Of a stretch of DNA of 64,000 nucleotides, positions 29,355 through 43,716 are shown piece by piece. Origin of the DNA: an uncultured Actinomycetes bacterium (lineage in GTDB: Bacteria; Actinomycetota; Thermoleophilia; UBA2241). The translations under genes were made by a program, and so were the position numbers. Each line of letters begins with the position of its first letter. The first letter of the stretch is position 1. The notes beneath the pieces were generated by a model. The model searched no databases, was not told the origin of the DNA, and saw only the letters and a program-made list of their open reading frames with translations. The stretch spans positions 96,001-160,000 of the forward strand of contig CAVYCN010000004.1 of assembly GCA_963767005.1 (NCBI GenBank). Reading direction: 5' to 3'.

Positions 29355-29717
29355 CCGCCTGCGGCGCCGCCCGGCGGCGGCGCTCCCACGACCGTGCGGA
29401 CCGGCCGGCAGCCCCCGCGCCGCTCCTCCACAACGCCCCTCTGCAGACCACTGCCGGCGCCCGTCCCTCAGCCTGTTGACGACCCTCTGGAGGGACGGTG
29501 GAGAATGTCGCACGCGGGGTCCAAACCGGATATGCTTGCCGCCTGCGGAGCCGCTCGCCGGCGGCACGAGGGGGTTTGTCCACACGCTCTCCACACCGCC
29601 GCCACAAGCCTCGCGTCACCGCAGGTGCAGGCAGACAGTCGGTTTCCCACACTGTCAACAGGGCCTACGACCATTACGAAGGTACCTCTACGGAGAGAGA
29701 GATAGTAAGGAGCCGGA
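29355..29717. other. oriC: Replication origin oriC (dnaA-dnaN intergenic) with DnaA boxes and DnaA-trio unwinding element
   Basis: Boxes include TTGTCCACA 29576 and CTCTCCACA 29587; tandem TTTCCCACA-CTGTCAACA 29643-29660 followed by GGGCC and TAC GAC CAT TAC GAA trios, the basal unwinding system layout. Confidence 0.85.
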
Positions 29718-30818
29718 ATGAGATTCGCCTGTGATCGCACGACGCTCGTCGAGAAGCTCAGCATCCTGGCCCGTGGTGTCTCCACGCGCAGCGCGCTGCC
29801 GGTGCTCTCCGGTATCCTGCTCCAGGCCCGCGAAGGCCGGCTCGATCTCTACTCCACCGACATGGAGCTGTCGATCAAGGCGAGCATCCCGACCCAGGTC
29901 GAGACCGACGGCGAAGCCGTCGTGCCGGCCCGGCTGTTCACCGACGTGGTGCGCAACATGGAAGCCGGCGAGGTGCGCGTCGAAGCCGGTGAGGGCGTCG
30001 TCAACATCGCCGCGGGTAAGGCCTCGTTCAGCCTGAACTCGTGGGTCGCGAGCGACTTCCCGCCGACGTCGTCGTTCGACATGGGCGCCGCCTTCTCGGT
30101 CGGCGTCGAGCCGTTCGTCGAGACGCTCGAGAAGGTAGGCCGAGCGGCGTCGCGCGACGAGACGCGGCCGATCCTCACCGGCGTGCTCGTCACGATCGGC
30201 GGCGGCAAGCTCAAGATGGTCGCCACCGACAGCTACCGTCTGAGCGTCAAGGAGACACCGCTCGAGGGCGGTCCGGCGAGCGAGATCCAGGCGATCGTGC
30301 CCGTCAAGGCGCTGGCCGAGGTGCAGCGCCTGGGCGCCGCCAGCGACGGCGCCGACCTGCGCCTCGTGATCACCGAGAACCAGGCGCTGTTCGAGGTCGG
30401 CGACGTGTGGATCGCCACGCGCCTGATCGACGGCCAGTTCCCCAACTACCGGCAACTCCTGCCCGAGAGCTTCGATCACGCGATCGCCCTCGACCGCGCG
30501 GCGCTGCTCGCCGTCACGCGGCGTGTCAGCCTGCTGGCCCAGAAGAACACCCCGCTGCGGCTGCAGTTCAGCGAGGGCAAGCTCACGATCCGCGCGGTCA
30601 CGCAGGACGTCGGCCAGGCCGAAGAGGAGCTCGACGCGCCGTTCAGCGGCGAGGGCTTCGAGATCGGCTTCAACCCGCTGTTCCTGATCGACGGTCTCGA
30701 GGGAGTCAGCGGCGACACGGCGACGCTCAAGTTCATCAACCCGCTCCGGCCCGGGCTCGTCACGGGCGCCGACGAGTCGTTCGTCTACCTCATCATGCCT
30801 ATCCGTCTGAGCAGCTGA
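29718..30818 (+). CDS. dnaN: DNA polymerase III beta sliding clamp
   Basis: STDMELSI, DETRPILTG, VATDSYRL, GQFPNY, IGFNP, LIMPIR; RBS AAGGAG. Confidence 0.97.
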   Translation: MRFACDRTTLVEKLSILARGVSTRSALPVLSGILLQAREGRLDLYSTDMELSIKASIPTQVETDGEAVVPARLFTDVVRNMEAGEVRVEAGEGVVNIAAGKASFSLNSWVASDFPPTSSFDMGAAFSVGVEPFVETLEKVGRAASRDETRPILTGVLVTIGGGKLKMVATDSYRLSVKETPLEGGPASEIQAIVPVKALAEVQRLGAASDGADLRLVITENQALFEVGDVWIATRLIDGQFPNYRQLLPESFDHAIALDRAALLAVTRRVSLLAQKNTPLRLQFSEGKLTIRAVTQDVGQAEEELDAPFSGEGFEIGFNPLFLIDGLEGVSGDTATLKFINPLRPGLVTGADESFVYLIMPIRLSS

Positions 30819-31030
30819 TCGACGTCGCCGTCAGGGGGCCCCTCACGCTGGGGGCGTTCGTCAAGCTGAGCGGCGTCGCCGCGACCGGCGGCGAGGCGAA
30901 GTTCCTCGTGCGCGACGGCGTCGTACGGGTGAACGGCGAGGTCGAGGTGCGGCGCGGCCACCACGTGAGTCCGGGTGACATCGTGGCCGTCGGCGATACG
31001 GAGTATCGCGTGTGTTCGTCTCCCGCCTGA
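30815..31030 (+). CDS. yaaA: S4-like RNA-binding protein YaaA/RlbA
   Basis: LTLGAFVKLSGVAATGGEAK..VRVNGEVEVRRG; conserved position between dnaN and recF; apparent CTG start overlapping the dnaN TGA. Confidence 0.85.
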   Translation: MIDVAVRGPLTLGAFVKLSGVAATGGEAKFLVRDGVVRVNGEVEVRRGHHVSPGDIVAVGDTEYRVCSSPA

Positions 31031-32247
31031 GGCTCGTCAACTTCCGCAGCTACGACGACGTCACGGTCGACTTCGCGCCCGGGCTCAACGTCATCGTGGG
31101 CCGCAACGCGAGCGGCAAGACCAACCTGCTCGAAGGCGCCTGGTTCGCGCTGCGGGCGAGCTCGCCGCGCACCACTCGCGACGACAAGGCGGTGCGCTGG
31201 GGAGCCGGCTACGCGAGGGCTGAGGCGACGATCGCGGCGGGCGCCGACGGCCCGGCTCGCACGCTCACCGTGGCCTACGCGCCGGGCCAGACCAAGCAGG
31301 CGCGCGTCGACGGCGCCGACGTCGCTTCACTCGACGACCTGCGTCGCCACGGCTGGGTCTTCATCTTCGTGCCGGAGAGCCTCCTGCTCGTGAAGGGCAG
31401 CCCGGCGCGCCGCCGGGCCCATCTCGACGCCTTCGGCGCGGCGCTCGACCCCGCCTACGAGGCCGGCCTGCGCGACCTGAACCTCGTGCTCCGGCAGCGC
31501 AACGCGCAGCTCTTTCGGGTGCGCGAAGGCGCGCCGGCCGACACGCTCGACGCCTGGGACCGCCAGCTCGCCAGGGTCGCGTTACCGTTCGCCGCGCGCC
31601 GCGCCGGCGTGGTCGACCGCCTGGCCGCGAGCTTCCGCGAGTTCGCGGCGGCACTCGCGCCCGACGGCGGCGCCTTTTCGCTCACGCTCGCCTCGCAGCT
31701 CGACGACCTGCCGCCGATCGCCGCCGGCGGCGACGCGACCGCCGTGTCCGCGACCGCGGTGCCCGCGATTCCCGCGGGCGCGCGCGAGGCGGCCTTCCTT
31801 GCCGCCCTGCGCGCGCGCCGCGCCGGCGAGGTGGGGCGCGCGACCTCGGCGTACGGCCCGCACCGCGACGACCTGCGGTTCGTCGAGGAGACGAGCGCGC
31901 CGCCCGTGGCGGTGGCCGACGCGGAGGAGCGTTCGCCGGCGGCCGCCGGCGCCGGCCCCGGTGGGCGCGACCTGCGCCTATTCGGCTCGCAGGGCGAGCA
32001 GCGTGCCGCCGTGCTCGCCCTGCTGCTCGCCGAGCGGGCGGTCGCCGCCGACACGACCGGCGACCTCGGCGCTCTCCTCCTCGACGACGTGATGAGCGAG
32101 CTCGACGACGCGCGCCGCCGCCTGCTGGTGCGGACCCTTAGCGCGGACGGCCAGGCGATCATCACGACGACCAACCGTCTGTACTTCACGGCCGGCGAGC
32201 TCGGCCGGGCGCGCGTGATCGAGCTCGGCGGCGAGGAGGCCCTGTAG
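31012..32247 (+). CDS. recF: DNA replication/repair protein RecF
   Basis: NFRSY, GRNASGKTNLLE, GPHRDDL, GSQGEQR, LLLDDVMSELD. Confidence 0.96.
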   Translation: MFVSRLRLVNFRSYDDVTVDFAPGLNVIVGRNASGKTNLLEGAWFALRASSPRTTRDDKAVRWGAGYARAEATIAAGADGPARTLTVAYAPGQTKQARVDGADVASLDDLRRHGWVFIFVPESLLLVKGSPARRRAHLDAFGAALDPAYEAGLRDLNLVLRQRNAQLFRVREGAPADTLDAWDRQLARVALPFAARRAGVVDRLAASFREFAAALAPDGGAFSLTLASQLDDLPPIAAGGDATAVSATAVPAIPAGAREAAFLAALRARRAGEVGRATSAYGPHRDDLRFVEETSAPPVAVADAEERSPAAAGAGPGGRDLRLFGSQGEQRAAVLALLLAERAVAADTTGDLGALLLDDVMSELDDARRRLLVRTLSADGQAIITTTNRLYFTAGELGRARVIELGGEEAL

Positions 32248-32249
32248 GA

Positions 32250-32579
32250 GTGGGCGAGTTCAGCCGTCTGGGCGACATCCTGAACGGCGCGCTGGGCCGG
32301 GTCGCGGGCAGCGACGAGGGTCGGGCCTACCGCGCCTGGACGCGGGCGGCCGGCGGCGACGTGGTCGCCGTCACACGCCCGCGCCGCCTTGCGCGTGGCG
32401 TACTCACCGTCGAATGTGAGTCGTCGATCTGGGCGAACGAGCTGACCTACCTCGCGCCGACGATCCTCGAGCGGCTGCGCGCCGACGACCCCGACACGCC
32501 GATCACGGGCCTGCGGTTCGTCGTCGGCCGTCCGCACCGCAGCCTCGACGAAGACGACGAAGTCGATCGACGGCCCTGA
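32250..32579 (+). CDS. DUF721 / DciA family helicase-loading protein
   Basis: W..AAG, GVLTVECESSIWANELTYL; position between recF and gyrB. Confidence 0.85.
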   Translation: MGEFSRLGDILNGALGRVAGSDEGRAYRAWTRAAGGDVVAVTRPRRLARGVLTVECESSIWANELTYLAPTILERLRADDPDTPITGLRFVVGRPHRSLDEDDEVDRRP

Positions 32580-32784
32580 TGCGGCGGTCACCTCGTCTCC
32601 CGCGGCACACAGGAGGACGAGGGGTCGGCGGCGAAGTGGACGATGATTGGACGAGCGCGCGCGACGGCGCGCCAGGAAGGACGGCGGCGATCTCGGAGAC
32701 AGCCCTGAGAGCTGGCTGCGCCGGACGCGACGCACACGCGCGGCGGAGCGGCGCGTCAACGTCACCCGGGGATCCGCGAAAAGA

Positions 32785-35322
<2,538 letters not shown>

Positions 35323-35471
35323 CGCGATGAGAGAATGCTCGCCTGCCCCGCGGCTGTCGGCTTGGCGCGCCGCTTCCCGACTCGCCTTCGCGCTTACGGC
35401 GGGCGCGCCTTCGCCACCGCGGCGCATCACCACGACGGCCTGTGCCCCACGTCTGCCAAGGCAGATCATCG

Positions 35472-37952
<2,481 letters not shown>

Positions 37953-37998
37953 GCCGCGCGGCGGGCCGCCGGGCGCCGCCATGCTAGAATCGGGCGCC

Positions 37999-39054
37999 GT
38001 GACGAGCGACCCCGACACCCAGCAGGCTCACGCCCCCGCCGCCGGCGCGGCCGTTGAACGCCGGCCGCGCGTCTTCAGCGGCACCCAGCCGACCGGCGCC
38101 CTCCACCTCGGCAACTACCTGGGGGCGCTGCGCAACTACGTCGCCATGCAGGAGACTCACGACTGCGTCTACTGCGTGGTCGACCTGCACGCGATCACGG
38201 TGCGCCAGGCCAAGGCCGATCTGCGGCGCAACACGATCGACGCGGCCAACATGTTCCTGGCCGCCGGCGTCGATCCGCAGCGCTCGATCGTCATCGTGCA
38301 GTCGCACGTGCCGCAGCACAGCGAGCTCGCCTGGATCCTGAACACGGTCGCCTATGTGGGCGAGCTGCGCCGCATGACCCAGTTCAAGGACAAGACGGGG
38401 GGCAGCGAGGCCGAGTCGATCGGCGTGGGCATCTTCGACTATCCCGTGCTGATGGCCGCCGACATCCTGCTCTATCAGGCCGACGCGGTGCCCGTCGGTG
38501 AAGACCAGAAGCAGCACGTCGAGCTCACGCGCGACCTGGCCGAACGTTTCAACAACGCCTTCGGCAAAACGTTCGTGGTGCCCGAGCCGATCATCCCGTC
38601 GGCCGGGGCCCGCATCATGGGCCTCGACGACCCGGCCAGAAAGATGAGCAAGAGTGCCGGCTCGGCCTACAACTACGTCTCGCTGACCGACTCGCCCGAC
38701 GAGATCCGCCGCAAGATCAGGCGCGCCGTGACCGACTCCGGGACCGAGGTGCGCTCGGGTCCCGACAAGCCGGCGCTCACCAACCTGCTCACCATCTACA
38801 GCCTGCTGGCCGGCGAGCCGGTCGAGGCCATCGAGGCCCGCTACGAGGGTCGCGGCTACGCCGACCTCAAGCAGGACCTGGCCGACGTGGTCGTCGACGC
38901 GCTCGCGCCGTTCCAGCGGCGCATGAAGGAGCTCGCCGGCGACAAGGGCTTCACGCTCGACGTGCTGCGCGACGGCGCCGACCGTGCCGAGGCCATCGCC
39001 GCGCGCACCATGCGCAAGGTGCGCGAGCGCATGGGCTTCGTGCCCCGGCCCTGA
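37999..39054 (+). CDS. trpS: Tryptophan--tRNA ligase
   Basis: HLGN, YPVLMAADIL, VPVGEDQ, KMSKS. Confidence 0.96.
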   Translation: MTSDPDTQQAHAPAAGAAVERRPRVFSGTQPTGALHLGNYLGALRNYVAMQETHDCVYCVVDLHAITVRQAKADLRRNTIDAANMFLAAGVDPQRSIVIVQSHVPQHSELAWILNTVAYVGELRRMTQFKDKTGGSEAESIGVGIFDYPVLMAADILLYQADAVPVGEDQKQHVELTRDLAERFNNAFGKTFVVPEPIIPSAGARIMGLDDPARKMSKSAGSAYNYVSLTDSPDEIRRKIRRAVTDSGTEVRSGPDKPALTNLLTIYSLLAGEPVEAIEARYEGRGYADLKQDLADVVVDALAPFQRRMKELAGDKGFTLDVLRDGADRAEAIAARTMRKVRERMGFVPRP

Positions 39055-39102
39055 CGTCCGCCGCCGCGGCCGCGCCGCGGCCTGACGCCCGATCCGCCCT
39101 GC

Positions 39103-39912
39103 TCAGCCGGCCGTCGACGTCGCGTCGTCGGCGCGCGGCGCCTCGCGGGGCAGGGCCGCGGCCCACCGCGCGAAGCGCCAGGGCGTGTAGAGCTCGTAGA
39201 GCAGGCGCCCGGCGTGCGGCGGCCGCTCGTAGTCGTGGGCCGGCAGGGGGCGGGCCGGCTCGGCCCGTCCCCTGCCGGCCAGACGCGCCAGGGTGAGCAG
39301 CGGCAGCAGGGACGGCGCGAGCTGGCTCGCGTTGGCGCGCGCGAGGGCGCGGCGCAGGGCGCGGTCGGCCGCGGTGAGCGTCAGGACGTCGTAGCGTCCC
39401 GGCGCCGTGCCGGCGGCCGGCGCCGGCGCCTGTACGCTGAGGCCGAACGGTCCCCGCCGGTAGAGCGGATACTCGACGACGCGCAGCCCCGGACGCCGGC
39501 GGGCGGCGAGCGCGGCCGCCGCGTTCACGGCGTCGTGGTCGGGATGGCCGCCCTCGTAAGCCGCCACGTAGACCGTCGGCTGCTCCCCCGGGTCGCCGCG
39601 GCCCGCTGCCGGGTCGTGGCCGCCGCCCACGACCTCGTCGACCAGGAGCACGAGTGCGGCGGCGACATCGGCGACGTGCTCGACGGCGTGCTGGTCGGGC
39701 AGGGCGAGGTCGTGTCCGGCGCTGGGCGGCAGACCCAGCGTGCGCAGGGCCCGAGCGCCCTCGGCGATGCGACGCCGGGCGGGCGCCAGGCCACCCGCCG
39801 TCGCCCACAGCAGACGCACGTCGGCACCCGCCGCGAGGGCCCGCCGCAGCCGCCCCGCGCAGAACACCTCGTCGTCGTGATGGGCGAGCAGGAAGAGCGC
39901 CGGCGCCGGCAC
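39103..39912 (-). CDS. PIG-L family N-acetylhexosamine deacetylase
   Basis: AHHDDE and GGHPDH metal motifs. Confidence 0.82.
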   Translation of the reverse strand: MPAPALFLLAHHDDEVFCAGRLRRALAAGADVRLLWATAGGLAPARRRIAEGARALRTLGLPPSAGHDLALPDQHAVEHVADVAAALVLLVDEVVGGGHDPAAGRGDPGEQPTVYVAAYEGGHPDHDAVNAAAALAARRRPGLRVVEYPLYRRGPFGLSVQAPAPAAGTAPGRYDVLTLTAADRALRRALARANASQLAPSLLPLLTLARLAGRGRAEPARPLPAHDYERPPHAGRLLYELYTPWRFARWAAALPREAPRADDATSTAG

Positions 39913-39922
39913 GGCCGGCCTT

Positions 39923-42322
39923 TCAGAGCTCGATCGAGCGGTAGACCTCGCGCATGTGGCTGAAGGTCGCCGGCCAGCTGCGCTGCAGGGCTCGCTCGCG
40001 GGCGAGGAGGCCCATGGTCTGCCGCAGCGACTCGTCGTCGAGCAGGCGCTCGAGGGCTGCGACGAAGCCGACAGCGTCGCCGGGCGGCACGACGAACGCC
40101 GTCTCGTCACGGGCGACGTTCTCGTCGACGCCGATACCGGTCGTCACGACGGCCGGCAGCCCCGACGCCGCCGCCTCGAGCAGGACCTGGCCGAACGTCT
40201 CGGCGCGTCCCGGAAAGACGAAGACGTCGGCCGAGGCGTAGATCGTGGCAAGCTCGTCGCCGGTGCGATAGCCGAGGAACGAGGCGCCCGGCAGCAGCTC
40301 GGCGAGCTGCTCGCGGTAAGGGCCGTCACCGACCAGCACGAGCTGGACATCGTCGCGCTTGCGGCGGAGCTGGTCGTAGACGACGGCGAGGAAGTCGAGA
40401 CCCTTCTCGGGCGACATGCGCCCGACCCACAGCACGACCTTGCGACCGCCTCCCAGCACGCGCCGTACCTCGTCGTTGCGCCGTCCGGGCATGAAGCGGG
40501 TGCTGTCGATGGCTTGGTCCAGGTTGGCGAAGCGGGTCCGCACGCCGTGCGCCGTGAGGTCGTCCTGGACCGCGCGCGACGGGCAGAAGACGATCTGCGC
40601 CTGGTTGTAGAAGCCGCGCACGTAGGTCCAGAGCGACTCGCGCACCACGTGATCGGACGTCAGGAAATAGCCGAGCCGGGGCAAATCGGTGTGGTACGAG
40701 GCGACCAGCGGCAGGCCCAGGGTGCGGGCCAGCAGGACGGCGACCATCCCCATCGGGCCCGGCGTGGCGGCGTGGATGACATCGACCTTGCCCGTCTCGC
40801 ACCAGTGCAGAAGCTGCAGCACCGGCGGCACGAAGAGCGGGAACTCCTCGTAGACGTCGAAGCCGAACCGGTCCAGCGCGCGGAACACCTCGTGCTTCGG
40901 CCGGCTGGCGCGTTCCTGCCCGCAGGAGACCATGGTGAACGGCCAGTCCTGCGCGGTGGCGAAGGCGACGAGCGGCTGCAGCACCGCGGCCACGCCGTTG
41001 ATCTCCTCGATCGTGTCGGTGAACATCGCGACGTGGGGCTCGGCCGGAGCGGGCCACGGGTCGAGCAGTCCCTGCTCGGCAAGCTCGCGGTGCACGTCGC
41101 GGGCGTGGATGCGCTGGCGGGCGAGCGACGTCGCCGCCAGCAGGTACGGCCCAACGACGGTCTGCGCCAAGGCGAGCGTCTTCCAGGTCTCGAGCGCCTC
41201 GCGGGCGAAGCCCTTCTTGCCGTGGAGCTCCTTGAGGCTCTGGCGCACCGTGCGCTCCCAGGTCGCCTCGGCGATCGCCGCGAGGCGCTCGTGGCGCGGC
41301 CCGCCCTCGATCAGGGCGCCGCTGCGGATGACCTCGGAGACGCCGCTCGCGGCCGCCTTGCGCAGGGTCTTCTCGCGGCGCCACGGAGGGTCGATCGCAA
41401 GGCCGACGACGCGCCCGGCAAGCTGCCTGCTGCGCTGGCCCTCGAGGAGCGTCCAGGGGATGCTGGAGCGCATGCCGAGGCGCACGACACCGCGCGCCAG
41501 CCAGTTGCGGCTGTCGTTGTCGCCGCCCTGGACGATCAGGCTGATCGCCGTGTGGGCCGTCTTGGCGGTCGAGCCCTGAGCGCCGCGCAACACGCCCTTG
41601 CGACGCTGCAGCGCGGTGAAGGGCTCGGTCTCGCCCGCGCCCAGCCTGATCTGCGTGTAGGTGCCGCCGATGTCGAGGCCGCCGTGGTCGTCGGAGCCGG
41701 CGACCGTGCGGATGGTCATGCTCGCCGGTTCGCGCCCGTACTTCTCGGCCAAGCGCGGGATGAGCGCCGGCGCGGCAGCCGCGAGCTCGGCGCTCATCTG
41801 GTTCTCGAGCTTGGTCGAGCTGCCGTTGCGTGTCTCCCATAGCGAGAACAGCAGAAGGAGCTGCTCGTAGTGCTCGACGCGCAGGTCGGAGACCACCGAC
41901 ATGGGGTGGGCGAGGGCGTGCGTGAGGCCCTCGCCGCGCAGATAGTCGACGAGCTCGAAGAGGTTGAAGCGCAGCTCCGAGATCGTCCGGTGCTGAGCCT
42001 CGTCGAGGCCCCAGACGAGCACGTGAACGTGGATGGCCTCGGTCGGGAAGTAGGCGCTGACCTCCTCGCCGATCGTGAAATCGGGGTAATCGGTGAGCTC
42101 GAGCGCGCCGCTGACCGAGTCGTGGTCGGTCAGCGTGACGTGCGTCATGCCGCGCGCCTTGGCCTCGCGGTAGACGAGGTGGGGGTCGGTGAAGCACTCA
42201 CGCACGCCGAAGTTGCGTGCCAGGTACAGGTCGGAGCGTGACGAGTAGCGTGAGTGGCAGTGAAGGTCGATCCGGGCGAGTCCCTGCTCGCCCTCGTCGG
42301 GCCGGTGCGCGCTTGCGTCCAT
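39923..42322 (-). CDS. PHP-domain / GT4 glycosyltransferase fusion
   Basis: DLHCHS, TLTDHD, AHP, AGSDDH (PHP); FTDT..INGV, TPGPMG, YHTD, VGRMSPEKG, ETFGQVLLEAAASGLP (GT4). Confidence 0.9.
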   Translation of the reverse strand: MDASAHRPDEGEQGLARIDLHCHSRYSSRSDLYLARNFGVRECFTDPHLVYREAKARGMTHVTLTDHDSVSGALELTDYPDFTIGEEVSAYFPTEAIHVHVLVWGLDEAQHRTISELRFNLFELVDYLRGEGLTHALAHPMSVVSDLRVEHYEQLLLLFSLWETRNGSSTKLENQMSAELAAAAPALIPRLAEKYGREPASMTIRTVAGSDDHGGLDIGGTYTQIRLGAGETEPFTALQRRKGVLRGAQGSTAKTAHTAISLIVQGGDNDSRNWLARGVVRLGMRSSIPWTLLEGQRSRQLAGRVVGLAIDPPWRREKTLRKAAASGVSEVIRSGALIEGGPRHERLAAIAEATWERTVRQSLKELHGKKGFAREALETWKTLALAQTVVGPYLLAATSLARQRIHARDVHRELAEQGLLDPWPAPAEPHVAMFTDTIEEINGVAAVLQPLVAFATAQDWPFTMVSCGQERASRPKHEVFRALDRFGFDVYEEFPLFVPPVLQLLHWCETGKVDVIHAATPGPMGMVAVLLARTLGLPLVASYHTDLPRLGYFLTSDHVVRESLWTYVRGFYNQAQIVFCPSRAVQDDLTAHGVRTRFANLDQAIDSTRFMPGRRNDEVRRVLGGGRKVVLWVGRMSPEKGLDFLAVVYDQLRRKRDDVQLVLVGDGPYREQLAELLPGASFLGYRTGDELATIYASADVFVFPGRAETFGQVLLEAAASGLPAVVTTGIGVDENVARDETAFVVPPGDAVGFVAALERLLDDESLRQTMGLLARERALQRSWPATFSHMREVYRSIEL

Positions 42323-42465
42323 GATCCTCGCGTGTCGATCTGTGGCGGCCGTCCGCGCCCCGGGCGTCGGGGGCCGGCGGGGAGCGAGGCGGCGGCTCAG
42401 GGTACCATAGAATAAACACGAGACCACGTAACCGCGGCGCGCCGGGAGGGCGGCCGCCTGCCCTG

Positions 42466-43125
42466 ATGGACGATGCGATGATCCTCGATGCGACCACCCG
42501 CGAGTACCTGTTCGAGCTGCGCCGGCCGGCCGACCCGCTGGTCGCAGAGATGGAGGCCTTCGCCGCCGAGCACGACGTGCCGATCGTCTCGCGCGAGACG
42601 GCCGTGCTGCTCGGCATGCTGGCGCGAGCCGCTGGCGCGCGCTTCGTGCTCGAGATCGGGCTGGCCATCGGCTACTCGGCGCTGCACATCGCCCGAGCGC
42701 TGCCGCCGTACGGCAAGGTGGTGTCGCTCGAGCGCGACATGCACATGGCGTCGGTGGCTCGGTCCTACCTGAGTCGCGACCCGGCCGGCAAGCGGGTCGA
42801 GATCCTCCTGGGCGACGCGCACGAGACCCTGCCCGACCTGCGCGAGATCTTCGACGTGGTCTTCATCGACGCCGACAAGGCCGGCTATCCCGGCTACCTC
42901 GACCTCGCCCTCGTGCGCCTGCGCAAGACGGGCCTGATCGTCGTCGACAACCTGCTCATGGACGGCGACGTCGCGGTCGGTCGGGGCCGCGGTCACTGGC
43001 AGCAGTCGTCCGTCGACACGGCGCGCGCCCTGAACGAGCGGCTCGCCGGCGACGCGGCCCTCGACTTCGTACTGCTGCCCCTCGGCGACGGCGTGGGCCT
43101 GGTACAGCGGCGCCCGGCGGACTAG
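42466..43125 (+). CDS. O-methyltransferase (COMT/YrrM-like)
   Basis: VLEIGLAIGYSAL, FDVVFIDADK, VVDNLL, LPLGDG. Confidence 0.9.
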   Translation: MDDAMILDATTREYLFELRRPADPLVAEMEAFAAEHDVPIVSRETAVLLGMLARAAGARFVLEIGLAIGYSALHIARALPPYGKVVSLERDMHMASVARSYLSRDPAGKRVEILLGDAHETLPDLREIFDVVFIDADKAGYPGYLDLALVRLRKTGLIVVDNLLMDGDVAVGRGRGHWQQSSVDTARALNERLAGDAALDFVLLPLGDGVGLVQRRPAD

Positions 43126-43154
43126 GCGCGCGACAGCGCGGCGCCAGACGATAG

Positions 43155-43210
43155 ACTAGGCGCAACGAAGTCACGCCGGCCTGAGCGGCAGCGACGAAGT
43201 CGGCTGGCGG
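43155..43210. repeat. Degenerate inverted copy of the 59-bp repeat family
   Basis: ACTAGGCGCAACGAAGTCACGCCGGCCTGAGCGGCAGCGACGAAGTCGGCTGGCGG aligns to the reverse complement of about 2938-2995. Confidence 0.7.
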
Positions 43211-43254
43211 ACGAGCGAGACACCGGCCGGCCGGCCGGTGGCCAGGGAGGACGC

Positions 43255-43656
43255 ATGATCTCAGCCGAAACCATGAAGTGGCGCCTTCAGGAGGGCAAGC
43301 TCACGGATTTCGAGCTGGTCCTGTGGAAGGGCGCCGGCCGCGTGGTGAGCGCCGGCGACCGCCTCGTCTTGCAGGTGCGCGGCGAGCGGGCCGACTATAC
43401 CTGGGAGCGCGTGCGCGACACCTGGTGCCGCCTGCAGGACAACCACGCCCTCACCGTCGACGAGCTCGGCGGCCGCCACGACGCGGTCGGCCTCGTCTCG
43501 CTGTTCGCGGCGCTCGGCGGGGACGAGGTCGAGGTCGACGCCGCCGCGGGCGCGCTGCACCTGCCGCGCGCGGCGGGCAGGCCGGTCCGGCCCGACCCCG
43601 GCGCGCTGCAGCCGGCCGAATGGGCCGAGCCGCGACGTCGGGACGATACGCGGTAG
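43255..43656 (+). CDS. Hypothetical protein (133 aa)
   Basis: GGAGG RBS, GC3-rich codons, protein-like composition; no motif recognised. Confidence 0.7.
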   Translation: MISAETMKWRLQEGKLTDFELVLWKGAGRVVSAGDRLVLQVRGERADYTWERVRDTWCRLQDNHALTVDELGGRHDAVGLVSLFAALGGDEVEVDAAAGALHLPRAAGRPVRPDPGALQPAEWAEPRRRDDTR

Positions 43657-43716
43657 CGCCGCGAACGTGGTGCGGTCGCGCGCCGTCGCTGCGGTCCACG
43701 AGCCGGGAGCAAGCCG

